A stretch of 63,006 bases of DNA, filler included, from Octopus bimaculoides (lineage: Eukaryota): NCBI RefSeq assembly GCF_001194135.2. It is 6 parts of 6 records of this genome, joined end to end, with 100 filler letters (N's around TTAATTAATTAA, not from the genome) between each part and the next. Parts side by side here need not be neighbours in the genome. Positions count along the whole stretch, not along the records: positions 1 to 28,864 come from NC_068995.1; 5 more parts are not named here. One strand, given 5' to 3'. Below are positions 1 to 14,095 of the stretch, one piece after another. The notes beneath the pieces are model-generated. The model saw only the letters and a program-made list of their open reading frames with translations, ran no database searches and was not told the origin of the DNA. Each line of letters begins with the position of its first letter. Position 1 is the first letter of the stretch. Made by a program: the position numbers and the translations under genes.

Positions 1-37
<37 letters not shown>

Positions 38-91
38 AGGCACACACATGCACACATACATGCATACACACATACATACCTACATATATAC

Positions 92-134
<43 letters not shown>

Positions 135-247
135 CACATACAAACACATATATACACATACATATATACACTCACACACACATACACACATACATAGATA
201 CACTCACACACACATATGTACACACACATACACAGACACACATATGT

Positions 248-300
<53 letters not shown>
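1..300. repeat. (TA)n/(CA)n compound microsatellite; representative of dozens of such tracts in the window
   Basis: Directly visible dinucleotide runs; they generate the [12 protein letters not shown] pseudo-ORFs. Confidence 0.95.
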
Positions 301-307
<7 letters not shown>

Positions 308-759
308 CTATATATCGCTAGCTAAACTGAATATGATTAAGCTCTCTTGCATCACCTTTTAATCCCTACTCTATACACGGCGCATTTTAATGGAGGAAAC
401 TCGCAGAAATTTGTGTGGCTTGGGAGAATAAATTGAATATTGTATATTATACATGCATCTTTTGCTTTATGTTTTATTTATATACATACGTGCATATGTA
501 TGTTCCTGTTTATAGACAGACACACATATATAGATTATAAATGCACACACATTAATATATGCATACATATACATGCATACATAATATACACACATATACA
601 CAGATAATATCTATATCTTCACATGTATACACATATATACACATGTACATGCATTATATGTACATGCATATACGTACACACACATATACATGCGTACATA
701 ATTTACACACTTTATACGCACATATATTGAAGCATACACATATAAACGTACATTATACG

Positions 760-890
<131 letters not shown>

Positions 891-2562
891 GCATAATACA
901 CACACACTCCCTTGCTTCCCTCCACACAAACATGCTATGCATTTATATACATTTCTCTTGGACGCTTGCACGTTTTATATATAGATATATCTTACATGTA
1001 TTACAAAAGTCACAATATCGATGTTTGAAAACGTGAGAAAGAAGGGATTCTTGCGGAATGCATACGATTAAAAATGAATGAATAAATAAATAAATAAATA
1101 AATAAAATTATTAAAAATAGTTAAATAAAATATAATCACAAGTGAAGACAGTGGAACGGGAATGTCATGTGCTTTCGGGAAGGCGACGTTCTGACATGCG
1201 CAATCTAGATGCTGCTGTTGGGAAACTATTACCACAATGAACACCGTACACTTTCTGTCGCTAGTAGAGAGTCTGTGCTGGTGGCTTAGTGAGTTTATCC
1301 TCTTTGATCTTCAGCCAATGTTCCGGTCTATAGATTTGATGTTCTCTATGATTCAGTCGTTGTGGAAGTGCTTTAGCTGCTTCTCAACCAGTGACCCTAT
1401 CACATGTGCGTTTGTGCGCGCGCACAGATTTTACAATCATGTAAGAAAAAAACAAACAAACAAAAAACAAAACAAGAACAAAAACCAACAAAACTGTGCG
1501 CACATGAGGCTCTCATGATGCAATCGAAACTTTCTTTTTAATTGAAGAAATTTGAGGAATGTGTATTCGCAGGGATGCGCACATGCTTTGTATGCAACAT
1601 AGTAATCGATGGTACTGAGAGGGATTGAACGCGATTGAGGGCAACGAGGTTAAGATCACATGTGTGTGTGTATGTGTGTGTGCATATGCGTGTGCTTGTC
1701 TACACTATATATATTTTCCACACACACACACACACATATATATACACACATATATGGATCTAGATTGCAAGATCATATGTCAAATCCAAGTTATTCAAAT
1801 ATGGTTCCTCAAGTACATGTATATTAAGAGTTGTGGACTCGATGTATATATATCAAGTGTTGTGCGGTCTGGATTGTAATATGTGAATGTGTGTTTAGCT
1901 GAGTGTAGTCATCTGGGTAATTGTTCAGTGAATTTATTTATAATGCGCTCCTTTGTTAAGATTATCGAAAGTGACTCATCGGAGCATAATTGGCATTTGC
2001 AGGATATAGTGTTGTAGGGACTCATGTGTCTAAGTATGGAGCATGTAAGATGCATACTTTTGTCTTTGCTTCCTGTTGTTTTTAGTTGCTCCAGAATTCA
2101 CATAAAGACGATATATAATATATATATATATATAGATGGGATATATATATATATATATATGACATATATATATATATAGTTGGTATATACTATATATATA
2201 TGACATATATATATATANNNNNNNNNNNNNNNNNNNNNNNNNNNNNNNNNNNNNNNNNNNNNNNNNNNNNNNNNNNNNNNNNNNNNNNNNNNNNNNNNNN
2301 NNNNNNNNNNNNNNNNNNNNNNNNNNNNNNNNNNNNNNNNNNNNNNNNNNNNNNNNNNNNNNNNNNNNNNNNNNNNNNNNNNNNNNNNNNNNNNNNNNNN
2401 NNNNNNNNNNNNNNNNNNNNNNNNNNNNNNNNNNNNNNNNNNNNNNNNNNNNNNNNNNNNNNNNNNNNNNNNNNNNNNNNNNNNNNNNNNNNNNNNNNNN
2501 NNNNNNNNNNNNNNNNNNNNNNNNNNNNNNNNNNNNNNNTATATATATATATATATATATGT

Positions 2563-2670
2563 ACGACGGGTTTGTTACAGTTTCCGTCTATCAAGGCTTT
2601 GATCGACCCGAGGCTACAGTAGAAGATACCTGTCCAAGGTGGGAAGCAAGCTTCTTACCACACAGCCACT
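2563..2670 (-). mobile_element. SINE family A, 5' part with internal deletion
   Basis: Reverse complement matches the family A head seen at 49168 (GTGGCTGTGTGGTAAG...GGAAACTG...CCCGTCG). Confidence 0.75.
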
Positions 2671-4107
2671 CAGCCAGCAAAATTTCACCTGGATCCCCCT
2701 CCCCCCAGGGCCATATGGCCTCCAATTGAGAATCGCTGATTTATATTAATGATTGTTACACCTTCGTCTTCCCTTTTAATTCATTTTTAATCATTCTTCT
2801 AACCTATCCACTACCATTTCGCCGCCCATATCAACCTCCACCATTTACCACTCACCTGTATCGTCTTTCGCTTTTGGGTCAATCAAATCGTCTCTATGTG
2901 GATTCTAGAACAACTAAAAATAACAGCCAAATCTCGATCAAATCGCAGCTTGATCTTTTCACAGTTTCTATCTTTGAAAAATATAAAATGTTTCAATTAC
3001 ACATATTCTGAGATTATTAATATTTTCTCCATTCTGGCTTTGATAGAATTTTCAATTTCTGATAATTTTCAGGCAGTTTATGACAAGAAAAAAAAAAGAT
3101 TATAATAAAAAAAAATATGTATAATGTAGTCCAGATTTCAGAACATCTTGGAAAAAGATTGGATAGTCACGGCTGGATTGCATTTGATCATGATCTGCAT
3201 AGATATATTTGACCTGTGGCTAAACAACAACATCAATATCAACACCGCCTCTCACCCTCATTCCCACCCCGTTCCTCCACAATTTCTCACCCACCCCACC
3301 CACACTCTTTTATAAACTTCGACAGACAAAACTTCTATCAAATTTCTTCCTCACTCTCTCTCTCTCTCTCTCTCTTTCAATAATTCAGCTGCCCCACCAC
3401 CATTGCCACCCCCTCTACACATCATGTGTGTTCCTCACTACACAATATCGCTCACCACCACCACCACCACCACACCCAGCCACCATCCCACCCCATCCAC
3501 CCCTGTGCCATACACGGTTGGCTTGCTTTCCTTTTGGTTTCTTCGACCAGGTTGTCTGTCGCCACTGTTCTGTGATTATTTGCCAAACTGGACTGGAAGC
3601 ATTCCTCACTCATAACCTCCTCACCACACACACACACACACACACACACTCTGTCTCTTCATTATACACATAAAATATGTATACGCTTAGACACATACAT
3701 ACCAACACACACACACACGCATATATATGTTCATACACAAATAATTGAACAGACATAATTACAACACGCATTTACATACATAATTATATACATTCATTTT
3801 CACGCACGTACACACATCAACGCACGCGTGCACACACACACATATGTGATTACATATTTAGATCACATACATACACTCATACATATTTATACACACGGAC
3901 AAAACTAAAAAAAACACACAAAACAATGCTAAAGTAGAATACATACAAACATAACTAACCGACAACACGCTCACACACACACGCACACACACACACGCAC
4001 ACACACACACGCACACACACAGAGGAGACACATTGATCTTTCATAGGCTTAAGTGTACACGTACAAACACACACGCATTTGTATATAGCATAACGCGCGC
4101 GCGCACA

Positions 4108-4197
<90 letters not shown>

Positions 4198-4796
4198 CAC
4201 ACGTCATTTTCGTTTTCTTGTTTTGAAATTAATTTTTTTTTATCAATGCTGACAATGTTATAGGTTTGATTAGGCTGTAAATTTTGACGTTTACTAAATG
4301 AAATATCACGTAATTTTTATGTTCCAATACATACATACACATATGCATACATACATACACACATACATACATACATACATAAATATATAGATAGATATAC
4401 GCACGCACATACACACATGTATGTTTATATTTGTATGTATGCGTACGTTTATACACACAAATCGTTGAACAAGCGTTAGAAAACAAAGGAGGAATTAAAT
4501 ATTTTTATAAATATTGTATGGAATCAATCGCAATATATTACTCTGAATATCGTATAATTTGCTGGGAGTATTCGTTTCGATGTTGATCAAATCTTTGAAA
4601 GCACTAGTCTGAAATTGTCAGACATATCTCGGCTCTTAATATCAGTATCCTCCCCAGGCTTACTTCCGATTTACATATAACCATACACACACGCGCTCAC
4701 AAACATAGATAAAGTGTCTCTTTAGAATTGCATACATAATTTGAATCATAATGCAGTCAGACTTTAAATTTTCGCAGGTGAATCCGATTGCAAGTT

Positions 4797-5200
4797 GTGA
4801 CAGAAGCAAGACAAATCTTTTAGGAAAGGAAATTGATGTCCAAGTGTGACCGGAAGTGTGAGAACATAACTGAAGTGCAAACTCGGTTTATAAGAGAGTT
4901 TCAAAATGATCCATCAGCGTGATTCGCCATTACTACCAACAGAATTAAGTTTGAAGCAGATGGAACATCTAAAACACCAATGAGAGATATTTTGGAAGAT
5001 TGCGGTCGTCTCCGTGTCGCAAAGTAAAGAAACAGAATGACTTCTTTGAATTGTTCGGCGAACAATGCATGGCACAGATCTCAAAAGCGAGCGTGTATCG
5101 CATATTAAAGAGTGTTTATTGGTCAGATTTTAGCCCATGCCCTCATTGTACCCAAATATCAAATGAAATGATTAGTGATATTGACAATTCCATCTGTCCG
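4797..5200 (+). pseudogene. Degenerate Tc1/mariner-superfamily transposase N-terminus (DUF4817-like HTH region)
   Basis: From 4803 reads EARQIF*ERKLMSKCDRKCENITEVQTRFIREFQNDPSA*FAITTNRIKFEADGT; after a frameshift, SPCRKVKKQ...ISKASVYRILKSVYW. This resembles the remembered pattern ENxxEVQRxFRREFxxxPPTRxTIxRIRDKFEADGT...SPRKSVRQ...ISKSSVHRILK. No TIRs found. Confidence 0.7.
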
Positions 5201-5536
5201 CATCATCAACAGTGCTTGAGTAAGAACGGTCTCCCGTTGGAATATCTGCCACAACTGAAAAGATTCTACCCGTACCGCGATTCTTTTGTTGGTAGGATTA
5301 TCGCACAAGGCGAGAATCTTTAACTAACGACGGGCTAAAATATCAGTATTGAACTGACATATGCAGTACACACACACACACATACTCACTTATATATAAA
5401 CATATATATATAACCACATATACATACATGCATACATATGTGCGCGCACACACACATATATATATACATGCGTACGCGCGCACACACACACACATATATG
5501 TATGAATATACATACATGTATACATACAAACGCATG

Positions 5537-5611
<75 letters not shown>

Positions 5612-5871
5612 AAACAGTATAACAAACATAGACAGACAGATGAATAGATAGATAGGTGGATAGATAGATAGATCGATAGGTAGATAGGTAGAGTAAGTGT
5701 GAGAGAAGAAAGCGAATGAAGGCAGCACCCGCAAAACTTCAATGCTGATATCAACATTGATTAAAATTGACTCAACATTCAGTATTGAGTACTTCTTTCA
5801 GATGCATGTCTAGTGCAATTATGATAAAACCAACGATTATCTATCGATATATGTAAGTACGTACATATACA

Positions 5872-5907
<36 letters not shown>

Positions 5908-5929
5908 TATGCATACATACATACGTACA

Positions 5930-5965
<36 letters not shown>

Positions 5966-6279
5966 CATACGCACACATACATACATATGTATGTGCGTGC
6001 CTGTAGGAGAGCAACATCTGTAGCAAGACTGAAGGTCGGCTTCATTCAGAGATAATGAAACACTTGGCACATTGACAACCATGTCAAGTTGTAAATGTGT
6101 CAGGGAAGACCTAGATTCAATTCTGGTCGAACTCACAAAATCAGAATGGATGGATGGAACCGAGCGTACATGCATGCGCGCGTGTTTGAGGGAGTTATGA
6201 AAACTTGGCACTTTAAACTATCGTATCACTACGCTTCAAATTTATTGCAGTGAGGATGTAGCTAAAACGGTGATGTAAG

Positions 6280-6341
6280 GCCAGGGAGACTGAGGCAGTG
6301 GTGAATTACAGCCAAGGAGACTGAGGCAGTGGTGAATTAAA
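6280..6341 (+). repeat. 31-bp tandem duplication
   Basis: GCCAGGGAGACTGAGGCAGTGGTGAATTACA followed by GCCAAGGAGACTGAGGCAGTGGTGAATTAAA. Confidence 0.9.
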
Positions 6342-6469
6342 AGTCGTAGCTACAATCACAATTCTGGAGACTGGAAACGAACTACTGACCTCTTGGCAAA
6401 TTGTAATTATCTTGCTGCCTTCTATCTTACTTAACATTCCATTTGCGAAAAAGAATATTGCATACCGAG

Positions 6470-6625
6470 CTTGGCTCTGTGGTAAGAAGCTTGCTTTCCA
6501 ACCACATAGTTCCGGGTTCAGTTCCACTGCAGGGAACCTTGAGGAAGTATCTTCTACTCTAACCTCGGGCTGACGAACAGTTTGTGAGTGGATTTGGTTG
6601 ACTGAAACTGAAAGAAGCCCGTCGT
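6470..6625 (+). mobile_element. SINE family A, 5' half
   Basis: TGGTAAGAAGCTTGCTTTCCAACCACATAGTTCCGGGTTCAGTTCCACTG...GAAACTGAAAGAAGCCCGTCG. Confidence 0.85.
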
Positions 6626-6633
6626 GTGTATGC

Positions 6634-6676
<43 letters not shown>

Positions 6677-6762
6677 CAAATGGGTAAAAAATTAATGAGT
6701 GCGTGCGTTACATAAATAATATTTTCAGGATTAAATAGAAANNNNNNNNNNAATATTTTCAG

Positions 6763-7476
6763 GATTAAATAGAAAGACAACAAACGGAAAATATGACATA
6801 CCTATATATATATATATAATAAAAAAAAAACGTGTAATTAATAAACAAGCATATACTAAAAATACAGGCGAACAGAAAACAGAAGATCACCAATTCTTCA
6901 TTGTTTCCACCTTGGAGGCACCGACAAGAAACTTGCCGGGAATGGAATCAAAACATAATAAAACGAGACATTAGTGGACGGACGAGGGACAAAACAATAA
7001 ATAAATTAAAGGCTTAGGGCCACACGAAGACTAATGATGATGCATATACACCCTTTCCGTGTCTGTAGTTCTTTAGGACAGTTTTCATTTCTCCTTCGGT
7101 TTACCCACTTTTGTCTTGCAGCCCCAAGGCTTTTTGTTGTATATGTATTATCGTTATTGTCTTTGTGTGGCTCTAATCCTTTATTCTGTTTATTGTTTTG
7201 TCCCTCGTCCGTCCACTAACGGACTCGTCTCGAGCCTGTCTCGTTTTGTTATACTTTGGCTCCATTCCTGGCAAGTTTCTTGTCGGTGCACCCAGAGTGG
7301 AATCAAAATTATCGATAATGGCTGAAATTGCGTTTGACCATCTGGCTGAAAACTTCTGTGGTTTCTATTCGCTTGCGTAGTTAGCACATGTTCGTTTGTT
7401 TATTAACTACACGTTTTTGTTTGAATTATATATATACGTATGTCATATTTTCCGTTTGTTGTCTTTTTATCTAATC
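6763..7476. repeat. Long imperfect inverted repeat (fold-back); arms about 6763-7037 and 7151-7476
   Basis: For example GACAACAAACGGAAAATATGACATAC pairs with GTATGTCATATTTTCCGTTTGTTGTC, and TTAGTGGACGGACGAGGGACAAAACAATAAA pairs with TTTATTGTTTTGTCCCTCGTCCGTCCACTAA. Confidence 0.9.
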
Positions 7477-7513
7477 ATGAAAAAAAAGTATGTATGTATG
7501 TATGTATGTATAC

Positions 7514-7545
<32 letters not shown>

Positions 7546-7546
<1 letters not shown>

Positions 7547-7705
7547 CGATTTAATCACCTAATGTACTGAATTTATTTCGACCTTTGGAAAGAATTTCAA
7601 TGTAAAATCGGCTTGGTATGGATTTTAGCATGGAGCGACAAGGACCGTAAATAAACTCTGCGGTCATATTACCCGCCGCTCCAACGATTCTACCATATTA
7701 CTGTC
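7546..7705 (-). mobile_element. Degenerate SINE family B copy
   Basis: Weak reverse-complement similarity to the 53441 copy (GGTCGAAATAAATT, AGAATCGTTGGAGCGGCGGG). Confidence 0.45.
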
Positions 7706-8207
7706 ATGACAACAATGACGTCATTAGTCTTGTTATTCCTTAAGATTCTGAAAAATGGTTTTTTTTTCACCCTATTCTCCATTCTGCAATATATATAATG
7801 GTGTTATGTACCATAATATCTATAATATTGTTAAGTACACTGCAGCAATATGTATAGATACGAGCCAATGCTGTATGTAATAGACAGACGTAAACACCTT
7901 GTTGTCTGAACTCTCTGTTCTCTGCTCTCTCCTCTCTCTCTCGTTCTCTCTGTATGTATATATATGGATGCATAAATATTGTGTAATACTATGTAATATT
8001 GAAAGAAAATACTATTAACGCACCAGTAATTTACAATATATTAGAAATAACAATATTTACATTTTCATAATCTATTTTGCTGTTGGAATTGTCTCCGTTC
8101 TCAACAGAAATGTTTTCAATATATATGATTATGAAGTCAGTCTCAATGAATAATTAATATATATATATATATGTATGTATGTGTGTGTGTGTATAAATAA
8201 TATACAC

Positions 8208-8285
<78 letters not shown>

Positions 8286-9156
8286 NNNNNNNNNNNNNNN
8301 NNNNNNNNNNNNNNNNNNNNNNNNNNNNNNNNNNNNNNNNNNNNNNNNNNNNNNNNNNNNNNNNNNNNNNNNNNNNNNNNNNNNNNNNNNNNNNNNNNNN
8401 NNNNNNNNNNNNNNNNNNNNNNNNNNNNNNNNNNNNNNNNNNNNNNNNNNNNNNNNNNNNNNNNNNNNNNNNNNNNNNNNNNNNNNNNNNNNNNNNNNNN
8501 NNNNNNNNNNNNNNNNNNNNNNNNNNNNNNNNNNNNNNNNNNNNNNNNNNNNNNNNNNNNNNNNNNNNNNNNNNNNNNNNNNNNNNNNNNNNNNNNNNNN
8601 NNNNNNNNNNNNNNNNNNNNNNNNNNNNNNNNNNNNNNNNNNNNNNNNNNNNNNNNNNNNNNNNNNNNNNNNNNNNNNNNNNNNNNNNNNNNNNNNNNNN
8701 NNNNNNNNNNNNNNNNNNNNNNNNNNNNNNNNNNNNNNNNNNNNNNNNNNNNNNNNNNNNNNNNNNNNNNNNNNNNNNNNNNNNNNNNATATATATATAC
8801 ATGCATTTTTATACATACGTACACTTATACGTGTACAGAATTATACATCTATGCACACACACACACACACACGATATTTCATGATATTCGAAATTCAATT
8901 TTGAAGTCTGCAGTAGAGTAGATTTATTAATCTAGGCTGACTCGCATAACCTCCTCTGAAGATGCTGTTTTTTTTTTTTTTTATTAACATAAGTAAAACA
9001 CAAACCAGATGCGAAAAAAAAAAGGGAAACCGGTGGTTGTGTGGTTAGCGGGGATAAGCATTATAAAGTGGAGTCAGTGAGATTCTGTCAGTTCGTATGT
9101 AATGGGAGTGAAGAAACTGATGTTCTTTGTCACTCATAGAAAAAAAAGAAAAGAAA

Positions 9157-9253
9157 GTGTATGGTATATAGCTTGCTTACCAACTACATGGTTCCGGGTT
9201 CAGTCCCACTGCATGACACTTTGGGCAAGTATCTTCTACTATAGCCTTGGGCT
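9157..9253 (+). mobile_element. SINE family A, 5' fragment
   Basis: AGCTTGCTTACCAACTACATGGTTCCGGGTTCAGTCCCACTG...GGGCAAGTATCTTCTACTATAGCC. Confidence 0.85.
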
Positions 9254-10888
9254 TGCAGATAAGGGAGACAACTATGCACCTATTTTGATACATTTAAACC
9301 TCATCAATATAGTTTAGTTTACTTATGCTGTCAGATCAGTTCAGGGTTTTTACATTAACGAAAGATATTTACATTAACGATGCAGTGTAATTTACAGAAT
9401 TCAAAAATAAATTAACTTTAAGGAAGCAACTGAAATAAGCCAATAGCATGAATCTGATTACATAAGTTAAGAAACGATGCAGTGATTGGTGTATCACATA
9501 AATTTAATTAATTGAACATATTCCAAGAAGGTTTAACAAAAGCTTTGACCAAGCAAAGAGGCAGAAGAAAGACTCCAAGTGGCTAACGGCAACTCATGTT
9601 TGGGTTGTTAAGGACAAAGATGTGTGTTCATAATGATACCTGGACCTCTTATCTGTTACCTCGATATACGCGAAGAACTAAAGAACTCTAGATATACCGA
9701 AAGATTTCATTATATGACGATAATCGTATTAAGTTTGAGAACTAATGAAGGAGACCCTACATGGTCAACCTGCTAGATATAGCAGCGAACACCTCTCGCC
9801 ACCCAAAATCACATCATACCGACTTTTAAAAGAGGAATAATAATAATGATAAAAAATTTGATAATGTAGGTTGGGATAAAATGTCTAGAAAAAAAAATAG
9901 GTGGGGATGTTCACAGTTAGAATGGATTTGATCATTGGTCTAGTCTACAAGATAAACTGAGGGCAAGGAACAACGAAGACGAATTTTCAACTGGAAAATT
10001 CCGATCTCAAAAGATTTATGAGTCCTTCATCATGTTTACACAAACACAAATAGACAGGAAAAAATAGCACACATATAAACACACACACATACATACATCA
10101 CATCCAGAATTTCGAATATTTCAACTAAATTATTAATATTCTTAATTCTAGCTGTATTTCGCTTTTATGTACTTGCATGTATATTAAATGACATTATATA
10201 TATANNNNNNNNNNNNNNNNNNNNNNNNNNNNNNNNNNNNNNNNNNNNNNNNNNNNNNNNNNNNNNNNNNNNNNNNNNNNNNNNNNNNNNNNNNNNNNNN
10301 NNNNNNNNNNNNNNNNNNNNNNNNNNNNNNNNNNNNNNNNNNNNNNNNNNNNNNNNNNNNNNNNNNNNNNNNNNNNNNNNNNNNNNNNNNNNNNNNNNNN
10401 NNNNNNNNNNNNNNNNNNNNNNNNNNNNNNNNNNNNNNNNNNNNNNNNNNNNNNNNNNNNNNNNNNNNNNNNNNNNNNNNNNNNNNNNNNNNNNNNNNNN
10501 NNNNNNNNNNNNNNNNNNNNNNNNNNNNNNNNNNNNNNNNNNNNNNNNNNNNNNNNNNNNNNNNNNNNNNNNNNNNNNNNNNNNNNNNNNNNNNNNNNNN
10601 NNNNNNNNNNNNNNNNNNNNNNNNNNNNNNNNNNNNNNNNNNNNNNNNNNNNNNNNNNNNNNNNNNNNNNNNNNNNNNNNNNNNNNNNNNNNNNNNNNNN
10701 NNNNNNNNNNNNNNNNNNNNNNNNNNNNNNNNNNNNNNNNNNNNNNNNNNNNNNNNNNNNNNNNNNNNNNNNNNNNNNNNNNNNNNNNNNNNNNNNNNNN
10801 NNNNNNNNNNNNNNNNNNNNNNNNNNNNNNNNNNNNNNNNNNNNNNNNNNNNNNNNNNNNNNNNNNNNNNNNNNNNNNNNNNNNNNNN

Positions 10889-10948
<60 letters not shown>

Positions 10949-11049
10949 CAGATAAAATATGTTTTAAAAGACTGTGTACCACCGTTTAAAAATAGTTTGG
11001 TGGTCCAACGATAAGTTATCTCCAGGATGGAAATCTAGATGTTTAAAGG

Positions 11050-11400
11050 ACCTGAAAAGGAACCTGTTTCAGGCAATTTTTACCTCTGTTCTATTGTATG
11101 GCTGCTCAGCATAGACTCTTACCCCAGAATTGGAAAGAAGAGCGAACAGAGCCTGCACTCGCATGCTAAGAGTGTTCTTGCAGGTCACCAGAAGAGATCG
11201 ACAACCTTCGTGCAGCATCAGACAGTTTAGCATCAAAGAGTTTAGACTCAGATCCGCAGGGTGTTGCTGGAGAGCAAAAGACAAAATTGTTGGTGAAGTT
11301 CTTTTGTGAGAGCTTACACAAGGAAGAGCTCGTAGGGGACAATAAGCCAAGACCTGCATCAGGCCGAATATGATGAGCAATAGAATTAGATGGCGACAAA
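11050..11400 (+). pseudogene. RTE-like LINE ORF C-terminal fragment (post-RT region), decayed
   Basis: LKRNLFQAIFTSVLLYGCSA*TLTPELERRANRACTRMLRVFLQV...RLRSAGCCWRAKDKIVGEVLL*ELTQGRARRG resembles the RTE-type pattern LFxATVESVLLYGCExWTLT..LE..LDG.YTRMLR...RLRFAGHCWR...LLWEP.HG.R.RG. Confidence 0.75.
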
Positions 11401-11905
11401 GTCACTGAAAGCTGTGTAAGCAGTGCGATCACACATGTGGGGAAAATAGGCCTTCTCCCTATTCCAACCATGATGGTCTATCTTTCAAGAAATTTATAGG
11501 GAAAATAAATAAATTCCGGATCTACAAAGTGGAATCTTGTGCAATCTTCCTGGTAGAAATAGCAACCAAATCTCCCTATAAAAAAAAAATGCTCTGCCGT
11601 TTTTGAAAATGAAATGGCATATCGTATAAGCTAGCCTTAGAAATAACGTCAAGATAAAAAGATAGGCTGAGTATGGATGGAAACATAAGGTCAGTTCTAT
11701 TGAAATCTGACCTTGGGCTAATAAAAAGGGAACGATAACACAAACGGGAATAATGCATTATAATGCATAATAGTCAACAGAAATCCATATCTAAAGAATA
11801 ATTATAACTCCATTGACAACACACATCCACACACACACGTACAAACATACACACACAAGTACACACACATATGTGTGTATATAGAGAGCGAGAGGTAGAT
11901 AAAGA

Positions 11906-11968
<63 letters not shown>

Positions 11969-12280
11969 NNNNNNNNNNNNNNNNNNNNNNNNNNNNNNNN
12001 NNNNNNNNNNNNNNNNNNNNNNNNNNNNNNNNNNNNNNNNNNNNNNNNNNNNNNNNNNNNNNNNNNNNNNNNNNNNNNNNNNNNNNNNNNNNNNNNNNNN
12101 NNNNNNNNNNNNNNNNNNNNNNNNNNNNNNNNNNNNNNNNNNNNNNNNNNNNNNNNNNNNNNNNNNNNNNNNNNNNNNNNNNNNNNNNNNNNNNNNNNNN
12201 NNNNNNNNNNNNNNNNNNNNNNNNNNNNNNNNNNNNNNNNNNNNNNNNNNNNNNNNNNNNNNNNNNNNNNNNNNNNNNNN

Positions 12281-12334
<54 letters not shown>

Positions 12335-14064
12335 GTGCAGTAGTAGTGTGGCGCTGTAATCGATTAACAGTAGTTGTAGTATATCATTGATGGGCCATAG
12401 ACGGTGAAAAAGGAAAAATTATTTTCCGCCTGTAACACATGATTTATCGAAGCGTAACGCTGGAGTCGCCACTATGACCAGACATACAGCAACGTCACTG
12501 CCGACCAAATTTTAGTTGCTTTACACATATTTTGACCGATAGAATTGTTTTTCAGAACTTCAACAATGGAGAAACAATCACAACACACTTTTCTTTCTCT
12601 GTGTATATATATATGTGTTGTGTATAACTGTGTTTGTGGTGTGCATATAGTATGGTGTGAGTGTGTGCGTGTGCGCTTTGGTTCTTAAAGAACGCTGGAA
12701 AGTGCTGAACACCATTGTAGAGTTTAGCATTTAGGCGAGTCTAGTAGAGACACTTCTGGATTTTTCTCCAATACATCGGGGAAATTACAGAGTAACAGGT
12801 TACTAGATCGAGTTAAATAGGCTATATATATAAATAGGCTGCACACACACACTCACACACTCACACACACTCTTTCTCTCTCTCTCTCACTGAGTCTAAA
12901 TATCATGAGACGTCCTGGCATTTTCAGGGCATCTGTTCGTGATGTGTTTAGCCAAGTGCACAATGAAATAAGCAAGAATCAATTTCAGAGAAATGATAGA
13001 TAAATAGCATAAACGAAATGACATGCCGAAAATAAAGCATTAATTCGTTTTTAACTGTGGAACTCGAAGTAGATAAAACTATGAATAATAACGTATAAAT
13101 ACTGGGTTAAAAAACCTTTTGATACAAAAAGTCGTTTGTGTGTATGTACATTAAAATAAGCATGCATATCTTCTGTAGTTTTTTTATCCATGAATTCGTG
13201 TTTCTGTGTTGTGGTAAGCTGATACCGGCTTACTACAATACACTACACCGAAGAGTCGGTTTAGCAACCGACTGTTGAATGTTAACAAACCTGCTGTTAA
13301 TATAGAACTTAGGGCATCAGCTACACTGACTGTAACTTATATAATCTATTCTGGTTCTTGAATACTTTTGTGTTCGTCATTGGTTATAAATGACAGACAA
13401 AAAGTGCTCAATACACGATATAGAGTATAGATATATTTAGCAGATTATTTATTCCACTACTTGGAATTATACAGTAAATGATCTGTTAAAGAGCACACTG
13501 CTTCTTTAAAAAAAATAATTTGAAATGTAGCAGGCATACTTGTACATATATGTGTGCGATAGCGCATGCGTGCGTATATGCGTATGTGTGTCTGCCTGTA
13601 TCTGTTTGTCTGAGTAAGTAAGCCTCATAGCTGAAGGTTTATGTTATTATGTAACTAATCTCTGCGTATTACAAATTATATTTCAGATGTTTGTAGTTCC
13701 ATAAAATTAAATTTAAATTCAAGCACGAATCAGTGTCTAAGTAACTGTCACTGGCTCTACATACGAAACTAACGATCGTGACGTAAACTTAAACATGAGG
13801 AATACTATTTACAATGATTATATGACAAAATTAGTTAAGTTTCTTGATGTTTTGAGTTCAAATCCAGCTAAGGTCAGCTTTAATTTTCTCCATTGTGATC
13901 GATAAAATATAGCAACAGTGAAGTAAGGGAGATCGATAAAATCATCTCTGTCATCCCCAAACTTCGCAGTGCCAAAGTTATGACATCACATTCCATAGTC
14001 ATTTACATCTCTTTATATTCCGCGTTCAAATCCAACCAGAGGTGACAAACTGAAACAAACTGTC

Positions 14065-14095
<31 letters not shown>

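Noticed and set aside
6718-6778. AATATTTTCAGGATTAAATAGAAA duplicated across a 10-N gap
   Set aside because: Typical unmerged contig overlap.
7310-7350. GATAATGGCTGAAATTGCGT inside the fold-back arm as a decayed hammerhead
   Set aside because: Too degenerate to fold into the three-helix junction.
13242-13277. CCGAAGA followed by a 7-bp hairpin (GTCGGTT/AACCGAC), resembling half a hammerhead
   Set aside because: No GAAA, helix III or cleavage triplet follows.
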